Virus record (IMG/VR): IMGVR_UViG_3300042288_001626
Source of the DNA: a virus
Taxonomy: Duplodnaviria; Caudoviricetes
Direction: 5' to 3' (one strand)
DNA: 64,000 bases
Part shown: positions 8,069-17,885 of the stretch, one piece after another
Layout of the letters: each line of letters starts with the position of its first letter
How positions within the stretch are numbered: position 1 is the stretch's first letter
Notes under the pieces: generated by a model
The model's database searches: none
Told to the model about the DNA's origin: nothing
What the model saw: only the letters and a program-made list of their open reading frames with translations
Translations under genes and position numbers: made by a program

Positions 8069-8820
8069 TTTTTTTTAGACTCCATTACTGCAGGATTCTC
8101 TTCAAAAGTTTTCACTATGAATCTGCAGAGTTCGCTACGAACAATGTCCGAAGAATCAAAAGCTACGCTATATATGCCGAACTGCTGAGCTTCGACAGTA
8201 TTGAACATGTGAGCGCACTTTTCAAAGCCTCCTTGTTTGTTCTTAGGTAGGTCAGACTGCTTGGGATCTGCACACAAAATCATTTTTGTAAACTTCCCTA
8301 TACGAGTCATCAGAGTCTGAATCTCGTTAATTGTTAGATCTTGGCACTCGTCGATTATAATTAATTTAGCTGTCCAGCTAGCCCCTCTAACAAAATTAAT
8401 GGGCTGGTAGATAAACCTATTTTCAGCTTTTAGTTTTTTAACATCTCCGGCACACAGCAACTCTTCCAGTTTATCTTCGAAAGGTCCCATATAAGGCTCA
8501 TACTTTCCGTTAATGTCTCCAGGAAGATAGCCGAGCTTTGAGTCTGCAGACTCTACAGCAGCCCGCACAAAGACAAGGTCGGACACCTTCTTACTGTTTA
8601 ACATCTCTAGTCCGATTCTCATTGCGCAGGTGGTCTTGCTGCTTCCTGCAGGACCAGACAAGAAGATAATTCTGCTGTCTCTAGCTGATCCTAGCTCAAT
8701 TAAAGCTTTTTGCTTTTCGGTCCATGGAAGCTCGCGAATTTTAAGCTCGAAAGAAATTTTTTCTCTCTGGTACACCTTAGGGCTAGTGTCTGGTTTTGCG
8801 GGCGTTTTTGGTTTTGTCAT
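8065..8820 (-). CDS. phoH: PhoH-family ATPase
   Basis: IFLSGPAGSSKT, LGYLPG, FVRGASW, IIIDECQDLT, RIG and CADPKQSDL. Confidence 0.93.
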   Translation of the reverse strand: MTKPKTPAKPDTSPKVYQREKISFELKIRELPWTEKQKALIELGSARDSRIIFLSGPAGSSKTTCAMRIGLEMLNSKKVSDLVFVRAAVESADSKLGYLPGDINGKYEPYMGPFEDKLEELLCAGDVKKLKAENRFIYQPINFVRGASWTAKLIIIDECQDLTINEIQTLMTRIGKFTKMILCADPKQSDLPKNKQGGFEKCAHMFNTVEAQQFGIYSVAFDSSDIVRSELCRFIVKTFEENPAVMESKKN

Positions 8821-8821
8821 A

Positions 8822-9268
8822 TTATTTTACGTATATGCCTTTGGTTGGATTGTCCGGATAAATCTGTTTGTATTTTTCACTCAGACTTACCGCGTGCAGG
8901 ACATTTAATCTTAGCCCAGCCAGCTTAAACGCTGCTTTTATCTTATGGGCTCTGCGAAAATTACTTCCGTTAATCAGATACTTATTGTGAAACGGGATAT
9001 CAAACAGGGAGAACAGCTCTATCCACACCTTTCGCCTAAGGTATCCTTCGTTAATTACATCAGTGCAAAACAAGAGGTCAAAATCTGCTCCTGTTGTTTG
9101 ATGTATATGTATTTGAAGCTCAAAAATGATTTGCCTAAATTCTCCTAAGAACTCTTTAAAGTCCAGCTTTAACAGAGCCTGTAACGCTTCTATAACTTCT
9201 CCAAGTAGTGAAGTTAGCGGGTACTTTCTACCACCTAACAACTCTTCGCAAACCTGTTTAACTTTCAT
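8822..9268 (-). CDS. Hypothetical helical protein
   Basis: 148-aa ORF, translationally coupled on both sides. Confidence 0.65.
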   Translation of the reverse strand: MKVKQVCEELLGGRKYPLTSLLGEVIEALQALLKLDFKEFLGEFRQIIFELQIHIHQTTGADFDLLFCTDVINEGYLRRKVWIELFSLFDIPFHNKYLINGSNFRRAHKIKAAFKLAGLRLNVLHAVSLSEKYKQIYPDNPTKGIYVK

Positions 9269-9525
9269 TTATATTCTATATTTGAAGGAATCAGCTTTCT
9301 TTGCGTGTGTATTTTAAATCCGGAAGGAATATGCGTTATGCCTACATATTTTTCATTTAACTTTGAGTCTATCTTAAACTGCTTGGGGCTTTTGTTAAGA
9401 ATGTCTTGAAGTATTTTATTTTTTGTTGTGTAGTCGCCTGCGTCAGACCGCTCCTTGGCCTCAATAAGCTTTCTAAGCTCTAAAGACTTGGCTAGCTTAA
9501 CTATATTGGCAGGCAGCAATCGCAT
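9265..9525 (-). CDS. Small basic protein with an N-terminal VKLA motif
   Basis: LIEAKERSDAGDY..KNKIL...YVGITHIPSGFKIH; TG-C-TATTAT lies 6 nt before the ATG. Confidence 0.7.
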   Translation of the reverse strand: MRLLPANIVKLAKSLELRKLIEAKERSDAGDYTTKNKILQDILNKSPKQFKIDSKLNEKYVGITHIPSGFKIHTQRKLIPSNIEYK

Positions 9526-9569
9526 ACTTCTATAATAGCAGGTTCTAGCCTAAAAGCCACCTAATAGCT

Positions 9570-9601
9570 AAAAAAAGGGCGGAGAATATCTCCACCCTTT
9601 T
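9570..9601 (-). terminator. Intrinsic terminator
   Basis: Minus strand GGGTGGAGA-TAT-TCTCCGCCC-T7. Confidence 0.8.
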
Positions 9602-9632
9602 CTTGTATGCCTAACTCTTGTTTAGCCTGGCT

Positions 9633-9836
9633 TCAGGGACGTTTTTTACCTCTCTTTCTAATGCGTCCTAGGGTGTCCCATACCCCAGTCCTTTTAAGCT
9701 GAGGAAACAACCAAGGCCGCTCCATGATTATGGGCTGCCAATAATCCTCGTCTCTGAGCATGCTGCTTCGGGCATTCGCAGATTCTGCGATAGTCCTCGC
9801 GCTTCCGTGCGGGTTAGGCATGTATGGAGAGCACAT
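9633..9836 (-). CDS. Small hypothetical protein
   Basis: Starts 1 nt after the upstream stop and is followed by a terminator. Confidence 0.5.
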   Translation of the reverse strand: MCSPYMPNPHGSARTIAESANARSSMLRDEDYWQPIIMERPWLFPQLKRTGVWDTLGRIRKRGKKRP

Positions 9837-9837
9837 A

Positions 9838-10392
9838 TCATCTGTCCGCGAGTATCACTTTGTCGGCCCAGAACACATAGCTCTGCTTGAGTCTTACAGC
9901 AAACTCGTCGACCGAGATCGCCATCGGTGAACCTCCAGGCAGCAAGAAGTAATTCTTGATGAGAGTGTCAGGATGGATTGGCTGCGGACCAGTGCCCTGC
10001 TTCGTGATTATAGTCACAAGCTCGAAGGTTGAATCTTCGTGTGTCGCATCTCTCCCCAGAGCAGTTCTTCCGTACATCACGAGCTCCGCAGAGTCAAACG
10101 GATCAGGAGTTAGAGAAGCGTCAGCTCGCAGGCGCTTCGACGGAAGTTCATCTACTCCGGGTCTGGCTTCGAACGTAAACGTTCCTGTATCTCCAGGCTT
10201 TAAAGTAACAAGTACCGGATTCACCCATTCTGTGGGAATGGTTATCAGGTACGTGTCAGGCTTGTCTCCTTCTGTAAATGCTCTGGTTTTAAAAGCATTT
10301 TCTGCGGCTTCGACCAAAGTCGCGGCATCGACATTGACGCGGCTGAGCTGGCTTTCAGTGAAGTACTTATTCAGGTTAATTTTAACGTTCAT
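9838..10392 (-). CDS. Hypothetical protein
   Basis: 184-aa ORF downstream of conserved promoter copy 2. Confidence 0.7.
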   Translation of the reverse strand: MNVKINLNKYFTESQLSRVNVDAATLVEAAENAFKTRAFTEGDKPDTYLITIPTEWVNPVLVTLKPGDTGTFTFEARPGVDELPSKRLRADASLTPDPFDSAELVMYGRTALGRDATHEDSTFELVTIITKQGTGPQPIHPDTLIKNYFLLPGGSPMAISVDEFAVRLKQSYVFWADKVILADR

Positions 10393-10438
10393 GTTTTGTT
10401 GGGTGGTTAAAAGGCTACCAGGACAACATGTCTAGGTA

Positions 10439-10458
10439 TCAATATATTATACCATAAA
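10439..10458 (-). promoter_or_regulatory. Conserved 20-bp promoter motif, copy 2 (TTTATGG-TATAAT-ATATTGA)
   Basis: Near-identical to 5751-5770. Confidence 0.75.
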
Positions 10459-10486
10459 TTTGCCCTATTATTTAATCAGGCAATAC

Positions 10487-11488
10487 TTAGATTTCGTAGT
10501 CTTCTTCGATTTTGTCGAAGGTTAAAATAGGTTTAATGGTGAAGTTCAGTTTTGAGTCGTAGTCTTTGAATCCGACATTATTGCTAGCATAAGACGTACG
10601 TCCTATGAGATGTACATACAAGTGCTCGCAAGAATCGTAAGCATTTGCAAAGCTCTTGCGAAAAACCCTGCCGTCTAAATACGCAAAATACTGCTCTTCA
10701 AAATTTTTAAAAGTTGTTTGAGCTACTCCATTTGGTAGCTTTTCAGGGAATTCAAACCTGGCCTGTAGCTTATCAAAATATAATTTATTTTCAGCTCCTG
10801 GGTGATAAGTGTCTGCCACTATTCCCGAGTAAGCAGTATAAAAATACTTGAACTTATCAGGATAAAGTCCGGCATACATTTTAAGTGTACATTGAAACCA
10901 TCCCTCATCTAGTAGGTGTTGATCTCTAGTCTTCGGGATACTTTCCTTGGCTTCTTTTAGTCTAGACGGCATGTAATTTGGGTGATTTGGCCAGTTAGAC
11001 ACATCCAATAAAATATTTTTAGCTTTGTCCCCTTTCTTTAAAAAACAAAGATGACCTCTGTTGCCTATAAAGTCGTATTGTTCAAAGTCTTGAAGAAATT
11101 TGGAAGCATCTCCAAAAATAAGATCGCAGTCTACAAACCCCCAATAAGGGTAGCTCTGCAATTCTTCAGCAAACACGTCACCATAAAGAAATTTGTAATC
11201 GCACAGTTTATACAGCGCCGGTCTTCCGTTGGACATCTTGCCTTCAGGAAAGGGTGTAGCCACATCTACCGAAAACCAATCTTTGATAGCTGCAGTTATT
11301 CTCTTACCTACCTCATCAACTGAATAGATTTTGTTATAAACGTTCGAGGGTAGATCGGGCACAGGATGATCTGTAACCAGCAACAAATCAAAAAAGTCTT
11401 TGTTTCTGCCTACACTATGTAGAAACAAATTAAAGTAGGCATGAAACGGTCCGTAATAGGGAAGAACCAAACAAATTTTATTTTTCAT
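10487..11488 (-). CDS. Glycosyltransferase-like protein (DUF6625-like)
   Basis: KICLVLPYYG..YFNLFLHS...LLVTD, YKLCDYK..YG, YWGFVDCDLIFGD (DxD) and LLDE. The start at 11488 overlaps the upstream gene end. Confidence 0.75.
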   Translation of the reverse strand: MKNKICLVLPYYGPFHAYFNLFLHSVGRNKDFFDLLLVTDHPVPDLPSNVYNKIYSVDEVGKRITAAIKDWFSVDVATPFPEGKMSNGRPALYKLCDYKFLYGDVFAEELQSYPYWGFVDCDLIFGDASKFLQDFEQYDFIGNRGHLCFLKKGDKAKNILLDVSNWPNHPNYMPSRLKEAKESIPKTRDQHLLDEGWFQCTLKMYAGLYPDKFKYFYTAYSGIVADTYHPGAENKLYFDKLQARFEFPEKLPNGVAQTTFKNFEEQYFAYLDGRVFRKSFANAYDSCEHLYVHLIGRTSYASNNVGFKDYDSKLNFTIKPILTFDKIEEDYEI

Positions 11489-12386
11489 ACATTCTCTTAT
11501 AGTTAAACGCGGTAAAGTCTTTTGCAAATATCTCGTAAAACAAGCTCTCTGTGTCCGGATCAAACATAGTGAAATGATCTGGTAGTGTGTTGGTTTCTGT
11601 AGCCAATTTCACAATTTCGTCTCCGTGTGTGGTTGCAGAAATGCTGCCTCTCAGATCTTTTTTAGGGGCGGTGCTGTTCCTGTTCGCATGTACTTTTAAA
11701 TTTTGTGCAGTCAGCTCTTTTATCCGGGCAAGATCCCCTTCGCTTAAAAATCTTCCGTAAAACTCTGCTACACCGTCAGGAAGACGTTCAATATCCATTA
11801 CATATATATCTTTTAAAATCCTGTCGAGCTCCCAGCCAGGGTAGGGATAAAAGCACTGAAGTTCGTGGTGCTCTTCGAGATTGAAGATTCCGTTAGCTTT
11901 AAAGAACTTTAAAAACTCCAGATACCTTCTAAACGAAGTATCAAAGTCGTCAGGCACATCACCTAGGTTGATCGGCAGCTTCGCCTTTCTGATCAATGAT
12001 TTTAATGACGGAGACAATCTATGCAGCTCGTCATTGTCTGAAGCAGTGGCTACCAGCTCTGCATCTTTTGTAATACAGTACAATTTAAATAAATTTACAA
12101 ACTTTACAGAAAGAGTTGTTTGGCTTCCCTGGACATGTAAGAACTTATCATAGTAGGCGCTGAGTACTCGCTTATAAGGATTCCTAACCAAAATAAACTT
12201 GTTGCTTGTTGCATAGACCTGAGGCTTGTCGTTGCCGGTAACAAATAGCGAGCTGAAATTAAGCCCGTCCCAAGAAGAGTACTCATCTTCGTGAAAGTCT
12301 TTGTATATTTTACGCATGAGGCTGCATCCTGCCTTGGGCACGTAACACATCACGTAGTCGTGTTTTTTATTGTAGATAATATTCAT
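11478..12386 (-). CDS. Sulfotransferase family 2 (carbohydrate sulfotransferase-like)
   Basis: 5'-PSB-like YVPKAGCSLMR, 3'-PB-like FILVRNPYKRVLSAYYDK, H..Q, and a terminal FYEIFAKDFTAFNY. Confidence 0.85.
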   Translation of the reverse strand: MNIIYNKKHDYVMCYVPKAGCSLMRKIYKDFHEDEYSSWDGLNFSSLFVTGNDKPQVYATSNKFILVRNPYKRVLSAYYDKFLHVQGSQTTLSVKFVNLFKLYCITKDAELVATASDNDELHRLSPSLKSLIRKAKLPINLGDVPDDFDTSFRRYLEFLKFFKANGIFNLEEHHELQCFYPYPGWELDRILKDIYVMDIERLPDGVAEFYGRFLSEGDLARIKELTAQNLKVHANRNSTAPKKDLRGSISATTHGDEIVKLATETNTLPDHFTMFDPDTESLFYEIFAKDFTAFNYKRMYEK

Positions 12387-13186
12387 AAAGTTTTTAGCAG
12401 GCTTTGAAATTTACGATAATAGTGAATTATTGATTCCTCCGCGTGTTTACTATGACATACCAGCGGCTTTAATCCAGGGATTCGTTCAGCAAAAAGAGAG
12501 GCTCCAAGCTCAATCAGTTTTTCAGCACGATCGCTCTGCATTCCGTGATAATGTATAATGCTTGCATCATCATTTATACCCCAGTAAGTTTTCCAATTCA
12601 ATAGATCGCTAAGCTTTTTAACTGAGGTCTTATAAAAGCTATTCAGAGCTCCCTGGTCTCTTCCTGCGAATTTAAACTGTTTATCTGTAATGCTTGTGAT
12701 GAGCGCGTCGTATGTTTCGAGCATGTACTCACTATTGCACCACAGCACTCCTGCATTAAAATGTTTGCTTACATCACAATTTTTAGCGTTCTCTCCTGCA
12801 GCAGCAAAAGTCTCTGGCAAATAGCTGTTGAGTAACTCGTACGGGTCACTTTGGAAAAGAACATCCACATCCGTATACAGATAATGCGATGCTTTAACCT
12901 CGAGCTTTTTAAGTACAACAGGAACATCTAACCTAAGATATGTGGAACAGGCTGTGCGCACTTCGTTAGGGTCAGACACATACTCGTGGATTTCGTCATG
13001 TATAGCGCACTCTCCTCTTATTACAGTCACCTCATAGCTCTCCAAGAAACGAACAAAAGCCTCATCATTGCCGTTATACAGACAATAGCGCTTAAAGTTT
13101 TTACAAATTTCGGCAGTAGCTACAGCCACTTTTGCTTGCTCTTGATATAGATCATTAAGACAGATGAACCAGGGTATTGAGCTCAT
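12383..13186 (-). CDS. GT8-like glycosyltransferase (paralog A)
   Basis: YLRLDVP, YLYTDVDVLF (DxD), FNAGVL, DQGALN, LNWK and HYHG. Confidence 0.85.
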   Translation of the reverse strand: MSSIPWFICLNDLYQEQAKVAVATAEICKNFKRYCLYNGNDEAFVRFLESYEVTVIRGECAIHDEIHEYVSDPNEVRTACSTYLRLDVPVVLKKLEVKASHYLYTDVDVLFQSDPYELLNSYLPETFAAAGENAKNCDVSKHFNAGVLWCNSEYMLETYDALITSITDKQFKFAGRDQGALNSFYKTSVKKLSDLLNWKTYWGINDDASIIHYHGMQSDRAEKLIELGASLFAERIPGLKPLVCHSKHAEESIIHYYRKFQSLLKTL

Positions 13187-13188
13187 AA

Positions 13189-14001
13189 TTACAAAGAAGC
13201 TAGCTGTTGTTTATATGTGTTGTAGTAATAGTTAAGCGCTTCGCCTGTGTCTGGCTTGTAGTTTACAATATGCCTAATCATAGGCCATTTTTGTAAAAAC
13301 TTTTCACGGTCCAGGGTAACAAAGTCTTCCAGACGGTCTATTTTAAGTCCGTGAAAATGGACAAGATAAGCTTCTTTGTTAATTCCCCAGTAAATCTTCC
13401 AATTAAGAAGATCTGAAAATTTGCAGACTGCGTCTTTGTAAAAAATATTTAAAGCTCCTTGATCATGAGCTTGAAAGTTGTACTTACCTAGTTTTACAAA
13501 CTGTATAAGATCTTCGTAACTGTTGTACATGTATCGTGTGTTACACAGCATAACTCCTGCATTAAACAAGTTCTTAACATTGCCTTGCTCTGTAAATTCT
13601 CCTGTAGCTGCTATAGTGGAGGGTAGATTATCTACAAGTTCGGTATATGGGTCTTTCTGAAAAATTACGTCAGTATCTGTATAGAAGTAGTGCGAGTAGT
13701 CTAGTCCGCGCTCATGCATTACTTTTGGAATATCCATACGCATATACGTACCCTGCATCAATAGTTTTTCACCAGGGATTCGATTTGTCTTGTTTATATC
13801 GTCAGTAAATGTCGATTTATGTTTAATGACTGTGACTCCTGTACCTGTAAGGTAATCTACGAATGCTTGGTCTTCTCCAGCATACAGACAGTAACGGTCA
13901 AAATTTTCGCACACCTCCGACGATTTGGCCGCTATTTTAGCTAGATCGTTATATATGTTTTTTCTGTCGTTAAGACAGATGAACCAGGGAATTTTTTCCA
14001 T
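13189..14001 (-). CDS. GT8-like glycosyltransferase (paralog B)
   Basis: YMRMDIP, YFYTDTDVIF, FNAGVM, DQGALN, LNWK and HFHG; collinear with the adjacent paralog. Confidence 0.85.
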   Translation of the reverse strand: MEKIPWFICLNDRKNIYNDLAKIAAKSSEVCENFDRYCLYAGEDQAFVDYLTGTGVTVIKHKSTFTDDINKTNRIPGEKLLMQGTYMRMDIPKVMHERGLDYSHYFYTDTDVIFQKDPYTELVDNLPSTIAATGEFTEQGNVKNLFNAGVMLCNTRYMYNSYEDLIQFVKLGKYNFQAHDQGALNIFYKDAVCKFSDLLNWKIYWGINKEAYLVHFHGLKIDRLEDFVTLDREKFLQKWPMIRHIVNYKPDTGEALNYYYNTYKQQLASL

Positions 14002-14002
14002 A

Positions 14003-14797
14003 TTATAAATTTTGTCTTATTTGCTCTGCGTATTGTTTTGCGGTATCGTCATAGACTTCATTAATGTCGTAGGCATCAAACCAATCAATATCCGCACGTT
14101 CTTTAAAGTTACTCGAAGTTTTGTCGCTAGCTCTGTACTTTTCTAGATAATCCTCGTAAGCTCTTGTAAAATATTGATTAACTCTTATCTTACTCCCATT
14201 AACAGCTTCTAGTCTACCTGGAGTTTCTCCTTTAATTAATTCTCCGTTCTCGTCAGCAGTTCCTTTTAAAGTATTAAATACATGAGGATTTAGATAACCT
14301 ATCACCTCGCTAGGTTTTACAATGCTTTTGACGTGCAAGTTCACGCACCAGTCGTCTTTGCCTCTGTTTAAAAAATTCTCAACACAAAGACCTGAGACTG
14401 GTCGCAGAATGTGTCCAGAAGATCCGTACGTTCTCCAGTTTGCGCCTACTCCAGAAAACTCCTCGTAGTCTTCAAGAAATTTCCTCAAATCATCCACAGC
14501 TTGAGGTATAAAAAACTCGTCAGGATCACAAAATATCATCCACTCTGTTTTGCTCTTAAAGTATTCAACTGCGAAGTTATAAGCGGAAGCAATTTTGTCT
14601 GTTTTATTTAGTTTAAAGTCTATGAAGTTTATATCGTCCGAAAAGGGTAAATCATACACTTCGTCTTCTGTTCCGTCCGTGGATCCGTTATCAAAGATAT
14701 AGAACTGCTCGACTCCCATGCTCTTGTAGTAAGCCAGCCACTCTTTAATATAGTGCTTTTCATTTTTAACTATGGTTGTGGCAGAAAGGTAGTTCAT
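14003..14797 (-). CDS. GT2-like/GT92 glycosyltransferase
   Basis: IVKNEKHYIKEWLAYY...FYIFDNGSTD, WMIFCDPDEF, WRTYGSSG and KSIV. Confidence 0.85.
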   Translation of the reverse strand: MNYLSATTIVKNEKHYIKEWLAYYKSMGVEQFYIFDNGSTDGTEDEVYDLPFSDDINFIDFKLNKTDKIASAYNFAVEYFKSKTEWMIFCDPDEFFIPQAVDDLRKFLEDYEEFSGVGANWRTYGSSGHILRPVSGLCVENFLNRGKDDWCVNLHVKSIVKPSEVIGYLNPHVFNTLKGTADENGELIKGETPGRLEAVNGSKIRVNQYFTRAYEDYLEKYRASDKTSSNFKERADIDWFDAYDINEVYDDTAKQYAEQIRQNL

Positions 14798-14800
14798 GGC

Positions 14801-15862
14801 TTAAAAATGATGCTTACAAAAAAGTGTTCCGTCGCAGTATTGTTCCCATCCAGACGCTGACCATTCTTCTCCAATGCTACCGTCCCAGCCAGTCATATAA
14901 AAATTACCGTGAGGTCTTTTAAACGTCAGCCTATACGGAAGCACCTCTTGTAACGCTTTACAGTTGTACAAAGAGAATCCTCCTCCTTGCATCTCTACCC
15001 GTATCAGTCTAGGCTGCATGTCTTCAATTTTGGGAGTCTTACCCCATATGAAAGGTTGCATAGATAGGCATGGTGTCGAAGGGTCCAGTTTCTGCCTATA
15101 GTACCCTCCTACGCAAGCCACTTTCTTTTTCTGTTTCTCTAAATTTTTTATCTGCTCGTAGAGTCTTACAAATCCGTCCTCTGGAGGCTCCATATCGTCC
15201 TCTATTTTTAGTATATAGTCGAAGTGCTCGGAGGGTTCTTGCAGCAGTATCGAATAATTCACAGCCACATGAGCATGCTTGTGCATTTCTAGATAGTGGT
15301 CTTCAGGTTTAACCTCGTAAGGGTCTCCCAAATCTAAAATGTGTATGTCTCTATATTTTAAAGACAACTCACTCTTTAGCTGAACTTGTAGATTTTTTAC
15401 GTTTGTGTTTCCGCTATTATCTCCCAGAATCACATCAACTTCGACATCGTCAGGAAATTGCACATTTTTAATAAATTCTAACCAGCAGTCTCTTGAGGCT
15501 TTTGGAGAAAACATAGTAATTATGGCTACACTAGTTTTCTCTGTACTTTTAAAGTTAAAAAGTCTGGGCTTCGAAGGCACGTCAAAGGCTAAAGAATTTA
15601 TCGTGTAATTCGCGGCTACCGCCTTTTTAAAAAGCTCTTGAATCGATCCGAACTGCTTTTTGAAATGTCTTACTCCGTTGACGTTGATGATGTATATTCC
15701 AGGATAAGGCTCAGTCCAGATAGCTCTGCGGTCTGTGGGTAACTCCACTTCTGGAGCTGCTCCATCTCGCCACACGCTTGAGTCCACAAGCTTAATATGT
15801 TCCGTAGTTGTGTCATCTATAGCTGTGTGCAGAGCACTAAGCAATTTTTCTTCGGTTATCAT
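14801..15862 (-). CDS. GT-A fold glycosyltransferase-like protein with an N-terminal extension
   Basis: ILGDNSG, YILKIEDD, VGGYY, GGGFSLY and GWD. Confidence 0.65.
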   Translation of the reverse strand: MITEEKLLSALHTAIDDTTTEHIKLVDSSVWRDGAAPEVELPTDRRAIWTEPYPGIYIINVNGVRHFKKQFGSIQELFKKAVAANYTINSLAFDVPSKPRLFNFKSTEKTSVAIITMFSPKASRDCWLEFIKNVQFPDDVEVDVILGDNSGNTNVKNLQVQLKSELSLKYRDIHILDLGDPYEVKPEDHYLEMHKHAHVAVNYSILLQEPSEHFDYILKIEDDMEPPEDGFVRLYEQIKNLEKQKKKVACVGGYYRQKLDPSTPCLSMQPFIWGKTPKIEDMQPRLIRVEMQGGGFSLYNCKALQEVLPYRLTFKRPHGNFYMTGWDGSIGEEWSASGWEQYCDGTLFCKHHF

Positions 15863-17346
15863 ATAACTATGGTTGTAGAACCTGAATTTGTTGAATTGGG
15901 GAAACTACCCATCCCAGCTATTGGAGTGGTAGAAGTATATCCTGTAGGTAAAGGAGTAATCTCGTCGATAACTCCTGATAAGTTTACTGAGTAAATAAAG
16001 TTGTTGTAGCTGAAGTCCTGAGCTAGAGGTGTCGATAAATTTGGATTTGCAAATACCTCCGCATCTAAGCCGAGTGTCTGATTTTGTGGTACCCATATTT
16101 CCTTACGAGAAGACGTGGAACCTCCGTAGGCATTGCCCAGGTAACCTTTGTTAAGCTCTAGAGGCTCTCCAGCTGAGTTGTATCGTGCTGCAGCCAGTGT
16201 AGTTTCAGAAGTCTGCGTTCCTGTAGTTGACCTTATGAGGTTTCCATCGATAGTTTTCGTAAACCCTGTTCCTGTTGGAGGGGTACTTAAATACCCGTTA
16301 TTGTAAAATCCTGTAGTATAAGGCCCCGACACCCATCCTCTCGAGCTATATCCACTCCAGCCTGCTGTGTCTCCTTCCCAACGATCTGTCCCTGCAGCAA
16401 AAGCCGCCGATCCTGTAGCTGTCCCGCCAGGGTCAGCAGGAACATATTCGGGTGTTCCTCCTGTTCCTGCGTTTAGTCCAGAGTATGCATCAAAAATAGC
16501 GTCGGCTCCTTGGAAATACACTCTCCTGTTCGCTGCTGCAGGTATATCTAGAGGCACGCTAGGTTTAACTTCTCCAAAAGCTGGATAGTAAAAAGTTCCA
16601 GATTGAAAGTAGCCGTTGCTGTATACTCCACTGGCAACTCGGGTTGTTGGTGTTTGCGTCGGAGCATTATCTCTTCCTGCGACGTTGTATACTCTGAATA
16701 TCCCATCGTCTATTGCTGGGCGAGGCGTAGGCACAGGTACAGTAGTGATACCTCCATTTAAATATCTCCCAGTGCTGTAATATCCATTAGCAGGATTAGA
16801 AGACCCTGCAGAGTAATTGTAGTATACATTAGCCGGACCATCCAGAGCAGGGGTAGGCAGATTTATTACCGTAGCGGAAGCAATCTCTCCGTTATCTCCA
16901 TAATACGCGTTTATGTAAGGACCAACTTTATACTCGGTAACTGCTCCGTATATCGCTGCGTTAGCTGTATTTGCAAGCCTCTGAACTCTGGCGTCACCAT
17001 ATACTGTTACGTTATTTATTATAGCGTTATTCCGTATCACTACCTTTCCTGTAACTACTGCAGGCTGATTAGGACTACCAGCTATCGCTCCTGCATTGAG
17101 AACAACCTCTCCCAAGACTTGACCATATATTTCTCCCTCAGCGTCGACAACCACTTTCCCTGTACATAGTGTGCTTGTTGGACAGCTTTTCCCGTGATTT
17201 CCTCCTTTGCGTACGTTAATATTTCCTATCACCGTACCGCAATTGCCTCCTCCTTCGTTTATTTCCACCTCTCCGTGCACAGTAGTGTGCAGAGTTGCTC
17301 CCGCATTCAGTGTGGTGTTTACAAATATTTGATTCTGGTCAGCCAT
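15859..17346 (-). CDS. Fibre/adhesin-like protein with an N-terminal beta-helix (bactofilin-like) and Y-S/T-x-G-x-Y/F repeats
   Basis: Repeated V-x-G-x-V-x-I units (VHGEVEI, VIGNINV, VLGEVVL, VTGKVVI, VYGDARV), then YSTGRY, YSNGYF and YTTGFY. Confidence 0.55.
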   Translation of the reverse strand: MADQNQIFVNTTLNAGATLHTTVHGEVEINEGGGNCGTVIGNINVRKGGNHGKSCPTSTLCTGKVVVDAEGEIYGQVLGEVVLNAGAIAGSPNQPAVVTGKVVIRNNAIINNVTVYGDARVQRLANTANAAIYGAVTEYKVGPYINAYYGDNGEIASATVINLPTPALDGPANVYYNYSAGSSNPANGYYSTGRYLNGGITTVPVPTPRPAIDDGIFRVYNVAGRDNAPTQTPTTRVASGVYSNGYFQSGTFYYPAFGEVKPSVPLDIPAAANRRVYFQGADAIFDAYSGLNAGTGGTPEYVPADPGGTATGSAAFAAGTDRWEGDTAGWSGYSSRGWVSGPYTTGFYNNGYLSTPPTGTGFTKTIDGNLIRSTTGTQTSETTLAAARYNSAGEPLELNKGYLGNAYGGSTSSRKEIWVPQNQTLGLDAEVFANPNLSTPLAQDFSYNNFIYSVNLSGVIDEITPLPTGYTSTTPIAGMGSFPNSTNSGSTTIVI

Positions 17347-17347
17347 A

Positions 17348-17785
17348 CTAAGGTCGCAGAGCTACATTATTTGCTATTAGTCTTGCAGACCTTTCTCCGT
17401 ACACTGAACAAGAAAAAGCTGGAGGTGTGGCTGCGGTAGACGTTAGGGTCAAGGTAACATCTTTTTCTAGATATATGCTTTTAGGCGTTACCCAACTCGA
17501 AGAGTCTAGATTCGCTGCGCAACTAGAGAGTAATGTAACTTTTGATGAACTGGTCGGTAAACTCGTTGCGTTTGTTTTACGGCTAAGATTTTTATACCAG
17601 TTAGCCAGATTAGTCCACTGTGTGTCGCTGCCTACGGCATAGAAGTATAGTGGATTGGTTCTAGAGAACTTGTCTAGAACTCCAGAAGCTCGTCTGATAT
17701 CTGTAAATTTAGTCAATAGCGGCATAACAACAAAAATAAATATGAGAGCTGCATAAAGCATAAAAAAATACCGATACACCTTCAT
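17348..17785 (-). CDS. Membrane-anchored small protein with a W-x-x-x-x-N-W beta module
   Basis: N-terminal hydrophobic helix, then YFY...QWTNLANW...LPTSSSKVTL; GGAG upstream. Confidence 0.6.
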   Translation of the reverse strand: MKVYRYFFMLYAALIFIFVVMPLLTKFTDIRRASGVLDKFSRTNPLYFYAVGSDTQWTNLANWYKNLSRKTNATSLPTSSSKVTLLSSCAANLDSSSWVTPKSIYLEKDVTLTLTSTAATPPAFSCSVYGERSARLIANNVALRP

Positions 17786-17885
17786 GCATCAGTATCTCCG
17801 AAGTTAAAAATACTTTGTTTTTTTGCTCATAATCTCTGTTAATATATAACATATTACAGAGAATCGAGCAATTTAATTTAACCTG

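Noticed and set aside
8822-9268. MazG-like nucleotide pyrophosphatase
   Set aside because: Only a loose E-x-x-E pattern; the canonical EExxE...ExxD metal ligands are not convincingly present.
17785-17830. In-frame upstream ATG suggesting read-through into 17348-17785
   Set aside because: Two in-frame stops (TAA and TGA) intervene, and the downstream ATG has its own GGAG.
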